A stretch of 51,182 nucleotides of DNA, filler included, from Jimgerdemannia flammicorona (Eukaryota): assembly GCA_003990765.1 (NCBI GenBank). It is 2 parts of 2 records of this genome, joined end to end, with 100 filler letters (N's around TTAATTAATTAA, not from the genome) between each part and the next. Parts side by side here need not be neighbours in the genome. Positions count along the whole stretch, not along the records: positions 25,646 to 51,182 come from RBNJ01000821.1; 1 more part is not named here. One strand, given 5' to 3'. Positions within the stretch are counted from its first letter, which is position 1. The number at the start of each line of letters is the position of its first letter. This document shows, piece after piece, positions 34,797 through 47,489 of this stretch. The position numbers were made by a program, and so were the translations under genes. Under the pieces are notes generated by a model. That model did no database searches. It worked only from the letters and a program-made list of their open reading frames with translations, and was not told the origin of the DNA.

Positions 34797-37554
34797 GCTG
34801 TTATAATTCACGAACTAGAACCTTATGGACAGTTATCATATTTTGCTTCTCTTATATAAGTTTATGGTACTTTTTGAGTCTGTTCCTATATACTATGATA
34901 GGTAGTATGGTTCCTGAGATTTTTCTAAGCTAGAAGGTAGTTCTCTTAATATCTTGCATGTAGAAGGGTCTTTCCCATTTGGACTCCACTTTTTATGACA
35001 ATGAGGCTTCTACTATATTTTAATACAGTAGAACCTTTTCTCTGATTTGGATGGGTTCTAGGATCTTGTAATTCTTTTCTACATTCTTCCTTTTCAGTAC
35101 TTATGACTTGATGATGTAATCTTCAGTCTTCTTTCTGATTTGGTGTAGTCTCCAGATTTCTGCATTGACCCATCTCTAAGTTAGGTCTAGATTTGTAACT
35201 GAGGTTCCATCAGAATCTTCTTCTCTGAAGAGCAGTTTCCTTGAGGTAAAGTGTGTACTCTGTGACCATATGTCTTATAGGACAGAGAGGGCAGTTGGGA
35301 GATAGTTATCCCAATTCTCATATATTTCTGAGATCTTTGTCAGAATGTTCTTGAGAGTCTTATTGGTTCTCTCTGTCTGTCTATTTTCTTGAGGGTGATA
35401 TGTGGTGGTCTTGATGTGCTGGATCTTGTATTTCTGATACATTATCTCATAAAATCCATTGACAAATTCTGTGCCACAGTCTGTTATAATTTGCTTCAGT
35501 GTCTTGTAGCAGCAGATGATTTCTCAGTACAGGAAGTCAGCTATAGAGAGGGCATTGGTTTTTTGTAATGCTCCTGCTTCTATCTATTTGGTAAAGAGGT
35601 CTACAATAACTATAATATAGTAGTTTCCTGATAGTGTTACTAGTAGTGGCCCAATGATATCCATTGTGATGTAGTGGAAGAGGATAGGCTCAATTCTTGA
35701 TAACCCAGATATCTGGTCTTGCTGATCTTGTTTCTGTTTTTGGCACTTGTCACACCCTTTGACAAATTGGTATAGGTCTTCTTCCATCTTGGGCCACCAC
35801 ATGGTTCTTCTTGCCTTGTTGTATGTATTGATTCCTCTTAGGTATCCTTGCTCATGTACTTCCTTCATTACTTGATACTTCTTATATTCAGGTATTACTA
35901 GCTTTTCTCCTTTTCTGAGTATAGTGTTGTCTAGTTCAAACTGTTTCCAAGTCCTGTTGATGATGGTAATTGTCCAGAGTTCAAGGTGGTTGAGCATCTT
36001 CTGCTGCCCAAGGTAGCTGATTCATCCATAGTATAACTCCTTATTCATGTTGAGTAATCTTGATGGGGGTGTTTTGGGGTATCCTTGAGAGTGTATCAGC
36101 ATTGGTATTGGTTCTTCCTAGATAGTGCTTGATAGTACAGTTATACTCTTGCAGCCTGTAGATCCATCTGGTATATATTTCTTTGGGGTTCAGTATGTGG
36201 AATAGCCAGGCAAGAGCAGAATAGTCTATTTGAATGGTGAAGTATTTCCCAGCTAGATAGTAGTGGAACTTGTCTACTGTCCAAACTACTGCTAAGCATT
36301 CAAGCTTGTATGACTTATAGTTCTGTTCTACTCCACAGATATCTCAGCTTACTTAGAAGATGACATATTCATGTCCATTTTTCTTCTGAGCTAGGACTGC
36401 TCTAAGTTCTATAGTACTTGTATCTGTCTACAGGATGAATTCTAGGTTCCAATCTGGTCTTCTGAGGATAGGTGCTTGGGTCCATCTGATCTTGAGTTCA
36501 TTGAAGGTTTCTTAGTATTTCTTGGTCCATTCAAATTTGATTTCCTTCTTTAGTAGCTCATAGATAGATACTGCAATGTTAAAGTATTCTTTGATGAATC
36601 TTTGATAGTAGCTGGCCAGTGTAAGGAAGGCATGGACTTCTGTGGTCATTCTGGGTCTCGAGTAGGCTACAACAGCCTCAATCTTCATGGGGTCTATATA
36701 GATTCTGGTCTGGTTGATGAGATGTCCTAGATAGGCGATTTTTTGAGCTGCAAACTTGTATTTCTTGGGCTTGATATAAAGGCCATGCTCCTTGAGCTTC
36801 TTGAGGGCTAGCTGTATATGATTGACATATTCTCATACAGTGTTACTGAAGATGATTATATCATCAACATAGACAAAGAGCCATTTTCCAATCTCATTAC
36901 TGAAGACTCTATTCATCATTTGCTGAAAACTTGCTGGGGCATTGCATATTCCAAATAGTATTTGCAGGTAGATATAGGTGGCATCAGGTGTGATGAAGGC
37001 TGATTTCTCACTGGCATCTTAAGTGAGACCAATCTGATGGAAGCCTGAGAACAGATCCAAGGTGGTGTAGTATTTGGCTTTGCTTCTAAGGGTGGTAAGA
37101 ATTTCTTGAATATTTGGCAAGGGCTGCCTATCCTTCTTAGTGATAGCATTGAGCTTCTTGTAGTCAATGCAGAGTCTTGGTGCAAACTCTCCAGACTTGC
37201 TTCCTTTCTTTGGGGTGAGGACAATGGGTGAAGCCCAGGGACTGATAGCTTGCTTGATGATTCCAGCTTCTTCCATTTTCTTGAGTTCTGCTTGCAGCCA
37301 TTCTCTGTAGGCAGGTGGTATGGATCTGGCTTTCTGGTAGATGGGCTTGGTATCACCAGTATCAACTTCATGATAGTACTTGGGTTCTTGATTATGGATA
37401 TCTCTGAAGTCTGTAGCAAGTACTCCTTCATTCTGGTGCAGGATCTTGAGAAGTTGTTCTTCTAGGGGAAAGTTTTCTCCAATAGTATATGTGTGCTTGT
37501 TCTGGTTCTCGTCTTTCTTATGTTCAAGTTTGGTAATCTTGGTGGCAGTATAGA

Positions 37555-37980
37555 CTCCTCTTCTAGTAGATCCAAAGTCTTGTTCTCCTCTCTTAGTCTT
37601 GATGAGTTCGATGGCTTCAGTGATCTTGGGTTTCTTGATTTTGTAGATCAGCATCTGGCCAATCCTGTCATACTTCTTGACTTCAAATGGGGTGGTGGGG
37701 TTGTGATTTCTGACTATGAGGAAGATCTCACCAGTGTAATCAGAGTCAATTACTCCTCCTTCAACTGAGATTTCACTTTTGGCCAGACTGCTCTTGGTTT
37801 TGATAATTCCAGTATGGTTCTCTGGCAGCTTGACTCCAATTCCAGTATCAAGTAGAGTGGTGGTCTGTGGTTTGAGGATAGCATCTTGAATGCTGGCAAG
37901 GTCTATTCCTATGGCTCCTTCAGTCTTGTATTCTGGGATCTTAGCTTTGAGATGGAACTTCTTGATCTTGAGGGTGATAT
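37555..37980 (-). pseudogene. dUTPase domain (copy B)
   Basis: Reverse-complement homologue of 22190-22615 (SVEGGVIDSDYTGEI, RGEQ.FGST). Confidence 0.92.
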
Positions 37981-39008
37981 CTGGTTCTTATTCCTCCTTA
38001 TCATCACTGTCAGCTTGAAGCTCTGTGGGCTGGTCATCTTCTTCAGCTTTTCTTTTTGCTTTGGCAGCTTCTTGCTTATTTTTCTGTTGGTAGATTTTCC
38101 TGACTTCACTGATATAGGACTAGTAGTCATTCAGGTGTTCAGAGCAGTATGTCCTAGTATCATGGGGGCATCTTCCTTGAGGGGCATTGCCATTGATGAT
38201 CTTGTTGTACTACTGCTCATCTGTGAGCTTGGGTGTCTTGTTCTTGTTCTTGTTCATCGAGTATATGAAGACCTCTGTGTCCTCTTCATCTCCTTCCTCT
38301 ATATCTAGTAGGACTCTTTTGTGGACATTGATAGAGACTTGTACCTTTCTTCCTCTATAGTTGATCTGCATCTTCTGGGCATTGAGGTCAATGATGGCCT
38401 TGGTCTTGTGAAGCCATTGATTGCCAATGAGGATATCATAGTTGGTAGTGCTTGTAACAATTATGTTTACTGGGATGGTAGCTCCTTCTATCTTGATGGG
38501 GACTTCTTGGATTTTGCCAAAGAGGGTAGCTCATGTACCATCTACTGTAACATAGACCATCTTGGTGGACTCTTCAATGTCCCAGCCTAGGCAGTCAATT
38601 GCCTTCTCACTCATAAGGCATCCTCCAGTACTGGTATCAATGATGGCATCAAAGATACAGTCTTCGATCTGACATGGAGTATAGGCTGATATCTTGCACT
38701 GGTCTTCAGATTTTTCATCTGAGCTTTCAGATTCTTTCTGTGTATTGTGAGCTTCTACAATCTTGTACTCTTGATTTTTGGTAGTAGTTGTAAGTCCTAC
38801 TCTCAACTGCTGTCTGAAAGCAGAGACTTTAGCTAGCTGTCCAAAAGTAGCATTGACCTTCTGTTCCTTAAGGTCCTTGTAGATATCATACTGATGGATC
38901 TTGGTCTTGTGTAGCTTCTGTTCCTTCTTGCTTTCACTTTCTCCTAAGACTGGAGTAGTGTCTTCAATGATTTGGTAGATAGCTTTATCTAACTCTATGT
39001 CTTGATCA

Positions 39009-39308
39009 CACGTGCAGAGGTGGTAAACAATTCAGAAGGAAGATATAATGCTATCCTCACATATGTACATATGGCAGACACAAAACCTTCAACTTACTCT
39101 CTGAACACACTAGGCTCCTTCACTTGAATCTCCCCAGGGACCTCCATTTCCTCCATCACATCTCTTGCCATATCTGGGATATTATTCTCGGCCATCAGGC
39201 ACACTTGTATGCTGGGGAGTGGGAGGTCAACAGTACCCTGGGAATAATGAGAATAGTGATGTGGATGTGTTTTTAGTGTTAGGGGGTGGGTGGAAATGGA
39301 TGGGATGG
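39009..39308 (-). other. 300-bp foreign insertion in gag-pol of copy B, resembling a gene 5' end
   Basis: Absent from copy A (~21165-21175) and has no TSD. Encodes MAENNIPDMARDVMEEMEVPGEIQVKEPSVFR, followed by GTAAGT. Confidence 0.8.
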
Positions 39309-40486
39309 ATCTCCTCAGGTTGAGTCTTGCTTTGAATAGTGACAGCTGGAGTCTTTTTTGGTCTTCCAACTGGCTTGCTGTTGCTCTTCTTGTCATAGGG
39401 CTTGGACTGGGTTCTGGTATCTTCAGTAGCAGAGTAGAATTCAAGCTCCTCATAATATTCTTCATCATCAGTATCGCCAATCTCCTTGATGACTACTGTA
39501 TTAGTTTATTGTCTTGTTCTGCTAGCATTGCTTGATTGGGCTTTGCATCTTGTTTCAGTCATACAATTCTTTTTATAGTGGCCTTCTCCATATCTAAAGC
39601 ATGTGATATTATGTTCTTCTGTAGTAGCTGCAAATCTCTGCACTGGTCTCCTGTTGGCACTTTGGACTTCTCTAACAATATTACTAAGGTATGCAGTCAT
39701 CTCAGTGAACTGCTTAGCAAGTTCCTCTACTGGGTCAGCTTTGGCTATCTTGGGGATAGGTGGGGATGGTTGTCTGTTTACAACTGTGGCAGATATGATA
39801 TTAGTTGGTTTTGATGGCTCCATCTTAATGCTAGTTATTTTCTCCATTGAGTGTTCAGCAGGATGTCTGGCAGTCCAATATCTCTATGCAAAGACCACTT
39901 TCTGATCAAGAGTCAGTGCAGCTGGGGTAGACTGGATTGCTAGGGCAATTTCAGGGTGAACTCCTTTGAGGAAGGTTGAATCTGCTATTTGTTCCTTGAG
40001 AGCATCATTATAGCCAGTCAGGACAATCTGGTGGCAGATTCAGATATAGAATGAGTTGAGATCTTTACTGAGTCTCTGGCAGATAGTGTTGAGTTGATCC
40101 TTGAGAGCTTACTTGATCTCTTCAGTATAGTATGTTGTTCTGACGAAGGCCTTCATATTGACAAGTTTGACTGCATTATTAGTAATAGTGGCTACATTGA
40201 ACTTATCTCTGGTGGGTCCTCTGAGGCTGACTGATAGAAGGGCCAATTATGCATCTACACCAAGAGCTCATACAGCAGCAAATTGTTCAAAGTCTTCAAT
40301 GAAGGTCAGGATTGACTCTTCAGTAGTATATGTATATCCATAGAATATGGGGGGGTATATTTCTATCTTATCTTGAATTCTTACAGGGGTGACTCTTGTA
40401 ATCAGAGTAGTTATTGTGGGGGTTGTTTGTTTTTTAGCTTGAAAGTGAGAGATTCATCTTGAATCACCAGCCAATTGGCACTAAGT

Positions 40487-42242
40487 TGTCATGTAGTGGT
40501 CACTGAGTCCTTCAAATATACCAGATTCTCTTTAAGATATATGTATCTCTTAGACTAACTCAAGTTTATTATAAGCAAGTTCTTATTAGAGTACCTTCCC
40601 AAGGTCTTATAGTCCTCAAACTTCTTATCTTTAAACTGTCTTGTTATTTTTTAAATTGCTTGCAAGGAAGTGTGTGTATTGCACTGAGAGAAACTATATT
40701 ATATACATTATCATATAGTGGGTATTGAGTCCTTCAAATATATCAGATTCTCTTCAAGATATATCTCTTAGACTAACTACAAGTTTGTTATAAGCAAGTT
40801 CTTATTGGAGTACTTTCCCAAGGTCTTATAGTCCTCAAACTTCTTATCTTTAAACTGTCTTATTATCTCTTAGATTGCTTGTAATAAATTGTATATATTG
40901 CACTAAGAGGAACTGACTTTATTTCAAAGGAAATAAGAGAAGTATTTATACAAAATATAATTCAATGATTGCTAAGATATAAAGCTAAATATAAATTCCA
41001 ATAACTAAAATAAAATGCCAGGATAGGAAAAACTGCTAAGTTCCAGGGTTGGTACTGATGATTGTATAGGTTCAAGATACTGGTATATGTAATTCAGTAT
41101 TACATCAGAATAACGGTGCTGGCATAACTCAGTGTTACATCAGAATGCTGATGCTGGTATAACTCAGTGTAACCAAGAAACTTAGAGCAGAATATTCAAG
41201 ACCATAGGGGCTTCATCCTCATCAGAGGTCAGGATGTCTTTGAAGGAGATGAGATCTGCAAATATCTCATCTGTCTGGTTGTCATCATTGTGTATTTCGC
41301 ATACTTCATATATGTCACACAGGATGATATCATCGCCAATGACATCATCACATTCAGTAACAGGAGCTCTCCAATCTATGAGGTTCTCTTCCACAAAATA
41401 GGGGACAAATGTGGGGTCTTGGGGAGGTCTAATCTGGATGCTTGGGCCTTGGAATACTGAGATCAATCCTTATAGAAATTGGTCTAGGTTGTTCTGAAGG
41501 ATGGGATGCCAGAAGTCTTCTACTTCATCACTATTGAGGGTGATAGTAAACTGGACTTCTGTAGCTACTCTGGTTTCTAGTGCATTGATATGGCAGGATG
41601 ATAGGTCTCTGAAATCTGAGACTCTAACATACTCTAAGTTGGGGATCGACCATGATGCATGCCTGAAGATCTGATAGATCTTCTTAGCTATCCTTGCCTT
41701 GCATATATCTATAGGAGTGGTATCTTATAGCTCTTGAGGGCTGGCCTATGGGAACTCCTGGCAGAGGAGGTTTCCTATTTCATACTCCTGCTATATTTGG
41801 AGGCATTCAGTAGTAATAGTGATCCTTGTTTCCATTTTACAGCAGTAGAGGATATAGTAATAAGGGTCAGTAGTATCCAGGTTGATACTAGGAGTCCTTC
41901 TTGAGTGGGTCCTCATGGCTCTTTGATGTCTTGGAACATCCTTTCTTCAACTGAGATATCTTGGTGGTTCCTTGACCTTGAGGTTTAGTGAGCAGCAGGC
42001 ATTTTATTTATGGTAAGTCTTTGAGCTATTTTGGGATTGGTGGTTCTTGTTGATTGCTGCTACTGCAGTTCCTTGATCCTTCTTTTATTCCTCAAGATAT
42101 CCATACTGTGGTCACAATGACTCACAGTTGGTCATCATTACTTATCTCATATGCTGTATGATCTTCTTGTACTCCAATCTAGTGGCTTGTAAGAAAAGGC
42201 TGCCTTCTGTGCTGATGTCATCATTCTGGAGTCATCATTACA
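40487..42242 (-). repeat. 5' LTR of copy B (~1.76 kb)
   Basis: TG...CA termini on the minus strand, followed by a PBS-like sequence. Two terminal units (40487 and ~40709). Confidence 0.92.
41182..42135 (-). pseudogene. ORF3b copy in the 5' LTR of copy B
   Basis: Includes ORF-track 41182-41466 (ISVFQGPSIQIRPPQDPTFVPYFVEENLIDW...APMVLNILL). Confidence 0.72.
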
Positions 42243-42884
42243 ACAGCTAATATCTAACCTACAGTGAGTCATTCATTGTCCACACCTCTCACCAATCTAG
42301 TTCTCAAGTCTTCTCAGTGATCTCTCTCCTCATCTGGCCTCCTCTTTATGTTCAGCCAGTCCTCTACTGCTATCCAAAAGTCTCCTAAAATCTCACACTC
42401 TCTCAGTCAATGTTCTGGAGTCTATACAAATCCCCTAACTTGTCCTACATTAAAGTACTCCTCACATTCCAGTAGTCTGCCATCTACTAGATGTCTAGCA
42501 CAGAAATTCAACATAACATTCCTCTATAGTATCTGCCACTATACCACTCAGAACTTAGAAGGAAGCTATCTTTACACTTCAGCACTCCATACTCAGACTT
42601 CTGCTTAATCTCACTTCTCTCTAATTCTCACTGCTTGCCAACTTTCTGACCAAAGATCCTAACTGAGTCCCCTCTGATACTTCACTCTCTAACAGAACTC
42701 TCAAGTAGATATTTAGTATTTTCTATTATTATAAATAAAATAGTTAAGATAAGTATCTTAAACTGAGTTTATCTATAATAATAGTTAACAAATCTCAACA
42801 AAAAAGATTTCTTTCTTTTTAAACTATAGGTAATATTTAAGAACTCTGAGTATTATTACAAAAATCAATAGTTTTAACAGTATA

Positions 42885-43348
42885 TGTAACAATTTCACAG
42901 TCATATTTAGTCTTAGTATATTTTTGTATCTTTTAGTTAGTCTTTTCTTGTCTTTTCTTGAACATTCTACTATATTCTATCACTTTCTACTTGCTTAGAA
43001 ACCTTCTCTTGGTGCCTAGACACTACTAGAATATTTTTGTCTTTTCTTAGCATCAAGTACCTTGTCTTAGCTAGTCATAGAACCTTTTGGAACATTGTAG
43101 AATAGTATTAGTCAGCTTTGCTGAGAACCTATTTCTTGGTATTTCTCTTTCTTTCCAAGATCCTTCTGGATCTTTCTTTCAGATCATATATAAATATCTT
43201 TGTTTTTTGTCTGAATAAAGCTCAGAATATTTTCTCCCAGAAATCCTTCAAGAATACTTGAACCTTTAAGTATCTCTTCAAGCTACTTTAGACCAACTAG
43301 AACTTCCAGATTTAACCACTTCCTCTTAAAGAAACTAGAACCATTATA
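42885..43348 (+). mobile_element. Solo LTR (464 bp) of another family
   Basis: TGTAAC...ATTATA (decayed inverted terminus) with a 5-bp TSD GTATA (42880-42884 / 43349-43353). Internal TATATAAATA is followed by AATAAA. Confidence 0.7.
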
Positions 43349-43849
43349 GTATAAGATCTTATTAAGATGATTTCTGATCTTACTAAAATAGCTAAAAATA
43401 TACTTATTAAAGCTCAAAATTAATAAGTTAAGTAAATCAATAGAAAACAAAAAGAAGCATCTTATAATATTAGATATTAAATTGGATTTAAAATAAATTA
43501 TCTTTATTTTTTTTTTATAGTTATTTGGACTTTACTATTTATTACTTATTTTATCTATTAAGATATAATTACAGAACTTCAATCTACTATTCAATTCTCC
43601 TTGAGAAATCTCTCTTTATATCTTTATAATTGAATGTTATCTTATTATCTATTATCACAACCTTCCTCTTATTCTGTCTATATATCTTTTTCATCAAGTG
43701 GTATCAATGATCTCTCTGCAGACCTAACCTATCCACCAGTCCAATAAGATATCCTCTTTTTTTTTTTTTTTTTTAGTCACTTGGACTCCTTTCTTTATTA
43801 ACACATCATCTATCTTCTATATAATACACTGTGTCCACCCCTACCCAAT

Positions 43850-46800
43850 CCCCCTAGGGGGATCTCTCTCCTCTCCCACCTTCTTTTGATGAAAGACCAC
43901 TTTGTCATTTACTATCACTATCTGCCTACTACTCTGTTCACAGATCCCTTCTACTAGATGGCAATGTTGCCCACCCAGTAGACTCCAACCAACTTACCAC
44001 CCAGCCAGCAAATCTCCCACCAACTCCTCCTACCTTAACAACTTCTCCTGTATACTCATCTGGTACTCCTTCTTAAAAACAAAGAGCCAATGTCTAGCCA
44101 GCCCTATCCATACTGCTAAAACCCACCCTACAGTAAGCCAACCATTGCCTACATTACCCACTAACTGAGATTTCAAGTCCTCCCACTGCTCTCTCTCTCC
44201 ATCTGGCCTCCTCTCCATACCTAGCTAGTCTCCTACTGCTATCCAAAAGTCTCCCAGAACCTCACACTCTCCCAGCCAATGTTCTGGCATCTATAAAAAT
44301 CTCCTAACTTGCCTTACATTATAATACTCCTCACAATCTAATCAGCCACCATCTACCAGATGCCCAGCATGGAAATTCAATATAATATTCCTCCACAGCA
44401 TCTGCCACCATATCACCCAGAACTTGGGAGGAAGCCACTACTATACCTCAGCACTCTATGACCAAACTCCTACCCAGTCCCACTCCTTGTCAATCTCCAC
44501 TCCCTACCAACCACTTGGCCAAAGATCCTGGCCAAGTCTCTGCTGATATTCCACTCCATCACCAATATCGAACTCAGCAAGTGGAATACCCCCCAGAAGC
44601 AGTCTGTCCCATTGCTACATAGCCAGACCTCACCACACCTCCCCCTTATTACTTTGCTAGCACAGGCCAATATGGTGTATACCATCCACCACCCCCCACC
44701 AGAAGCCCTTGTATGATAGCCATCAGCTCCCATTCAGACCCACCAGAGAGAGCAAATCTCCCAAGGACCCTCAAGGGGAGAATCTCATCTCTCACACCTT
44801 CCGCATCAGTAGTACCCAACCCCCTCCCTGCAGTTCAACAGCCCTTTTCAACCACCAAGCTCACAGGCAGTGCAGTCTCTTAGGGAAATCTACAAGGCCT
44901 AGTCCTCTCCTAACCACTGGTGTTGCAAGAGTATCCCACCTGATCTGGGACCTCCTCTCTGCCTAAATCCAATTACTAGCCAATTTCATCAGCCTTTTCA
45001 CCACCCAAGCTAGGAAGTCTAAGTGATAGACCACATACCATAGCTTGGGGAACTAGTAGACATTCAGAATCAATACCCACTCTGCCAGGGAGATGTAGTG
45101 ACCTCCTCAACCTCTAAGTGCCTCCCCCCAAATGGCCACCCTCCTCTCCCATCACACTCATAGCAAGATAGATCTATATACAGAAAGAAAGATACCCAGA
45201 TACTACACAACCTCTCCTGTAGAGACAATTGTTCCAATAACGTCCTCTCCTACTAGCCCATTCCCCAACACCATTATCTCACACTTATGCCAGTTGAGTT
45301 TTGCCCCAGAGTATGTCTCATACCATTCCACTGTCTCCTTAAGTGTCTCAACATCCACCACTGAGCCAAGTCCAACTACTATGTCATCTGCAAAAGCCCC
45401 CACCTTCCACACTATACTATACACTGAGAGCCCTACCACCTTCTGGTGAATTCTATCCATCAACAGTTCTAATGAAAGAGTATAGAGAATAGGAGACAGT
45501 GGATCTCCCTGAGAAACTCCTCTACCCAAGAGAAATGCCAGACTCCAGTGACTATTACACACCAACAGATTCAATATAGAAGCTTGAAATCAAGGGAGAA
45601 CACCAATTCTATCTAGCACCTTGTCCAGCCATATCCACCGAACATGGTCATAGGCCTTCTCTTGGTCCAGAAAGACCAGTCTTCCATCCAGTCTACAAGC
45701 CCATGCCCCTTCAATAATCCTGTACACCCAGGCAGTCCCATCTCTGATAGGTCTGCCTCCAATAAAGTCCTGCTGCTCCTCACCCAGCACCTGTTGGGCA
45801 ACCTTCTATAGCCTTGCAACAATTACCTTAGTCACCATCTTCCTGTCTATATCCAGAAATGATCAGTCTCCAGTTCTTCCAGTCCTCCCTCCTCTCTTTG
45901 TCTTTGTACAATAAGGCCACCAGCTCTAAGTCCTGCTCACCAACCCACTTACCATTCATAAGCACATGGTCACAGAGGGCTGCCATCTCCCCTAACACTC
46001 TAGGAACCTTTGCCATCTTCTTCCAAAAATCCCAGGGTAGCCCATCCTCTCCAGGTGCTATACTAAGCTTAGTTGCTATAAGGACTCTCTGGATCTCCTC
46101 CTCTTGAACTGGTAGAATCAAGTCACCAAGTCTCTCTACTTGCAGCAGTTCCCACTCCTCCAGTGTGTCTCCAATTATCTCTTCATCCACACTCCCTTTC
46201 TCCTCACTCTACAGACCCCTCCATCTCTCCTTCCATACCTCCAGGATCTATTATGTGCTATGTACCATTTTCCTCTTAGCATCCAAGACCCCATCTCATC
46301 AATATCACACCAGGAGCCTAGACAAGTATCTAGTAGGCCACTCTCCCTCCTCAAACCTCTGCCATCTTAGCCTGGCAGCCATTCCTTTCATGTGAATCTC
46401 CTCCTCCTCTTGCAATATCTGTTGTAGCTCCACTACCTCCAATTTTGCTCATTCTAACCTCCAATTCTCCACCTCTGTAGAAGAAAGCAAATCAGCCCAT
46501 TCTATCTGCAATCTCATCAGCCTATTAGAAACACACCTAACTCACTTCCTTCTCTGCTGCCCAGCCTCCCTATCAGCTCCTCTCTAATAAATCCTCACAG
46601 CCTCCTTCAATCTCATCCAATGGATATCTACAGATAAACCCTGATATATCTAGATAGGAATCTTTGCCTGGATGTCCTCCACCTATAGGTCCCACAATAC
46701 CTTCTCAGCCAGTAGAGAGGAGTTAAGACACTAATGTCCAGGTCCATCTCCACTCTCTCCAAACTGCCCCTGCCCTAATAGCCCCCAGTGATCAGACCAT

Positions 46801-47468
46801 GGGTACCACTCTACCTCCAAAGTCTTCCAAACATCAATACCCCAACTTTCTGCTATCAGAATCTAGTCAATCCTCATACCCAATTCATTCACCCAATGTG
46901 TGTAGATCCTCTTGTCACCTCACCTTATTCTGCCCATATTCTCTAAGGTGATAAGGTTCTCTATCTCCTTCCATATATCCAGACAACCACTCCTCCCACC
47001 TGCATTTCTCCCTCCATCAGTTCTATCTAACTGTGGCTCCCACACCATATTAAAGTTACCACCCAGAATATCTACTCCTTCCTCCAAGAGAATGCCCTCC
47101 TTCAACAGATCCCTAATCTACGTGATCCTCTCATCTCTAACCGCAGGGTAGTAGCAGGAGCTAACCCTCACTGATTCCCACTCAGGTCAATGCCATTCTC
47201 CCTAGACCAAACAGTCACCCCAGCTCCAGATGCCACCCAAATCTCCTCTACCCTTCTTCACCAGAACTACCACTTTGTCAATCCAAGTAGTAGCTCTACC
47301 TCATTCCCTAGTCTACTCCATCTGATCTTCCTCACCCTCATACTATATATTCTATAGTAAAAAGAGATCAGCCTCCAATTCCTTAAGTCAAGTAAAAATG
47401 TTCTTATATCACCCAGATCCCCATAACTCATTTACATTCAGAGAGAATATACTAGTTGGACTGTTCAT
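43850..47468 (-). pseudogene. LINE ORF2 pseudogene (APE + RT)
   Basis: MNS..IFSLNVN, GG(D)FN, WSDH, APGEDGLP, DQEKAYD, SQGDPLSPILY and AFADD. The 3' end is approximate. Confidence 0.92.
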
Positions 47469-47489
47469 AAGGAATAATATTGATTATCA

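Larger units (their letters stand above)
34801..40457 (-). pseudogene. gag-pol polyprotein pseudogene, copy B
   Basis: Colinear with copy A. ORF-track fragments show the integrase zinc finger (35584-35997), RT (37019-37654), protease (38531-38806) and gag (39506-39847). Confidence 0.92.
31969..42242 (-). mobile_element. Full-length Ty3/Gypsy family 2, copy B
   Basis: Two LTRs, PBS, PPT and all pol domains are present. 4-bp TSD ACAG at 31965-31968 and 42243-42246. Confidence 0.95.
31623..42688 (-). mobile_element. 5'-truncated LINE (LINE-c, ~0.8 kb own sequence: 31623-31968 and 42243-42688) split by Gypsy copy B
   Basis: Poly(T) plus tail at 31622-31650. Both halves are colinear with LINE-b ~43760-44560. 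13-bp TSD CTAATAGAACTCT (31610-31622) / CTAACAGAACTCT (42689-42701). Confidence 0.85.

Noticed and set aside
37250..39905. Hydrophobic plus-strand ORFs conserved between copies A and B (also 20567-22921 minus)
   Set aside because: These are antisense shadows of gag-pol. Their conservation follows from the nucleotide identity of the copies.
18213..42242. Copies A and B as arms of one giant inverted-repeat element
   Set aside because: B has its own two LTRs and TSD, and the two copies are separated by an artificial join.
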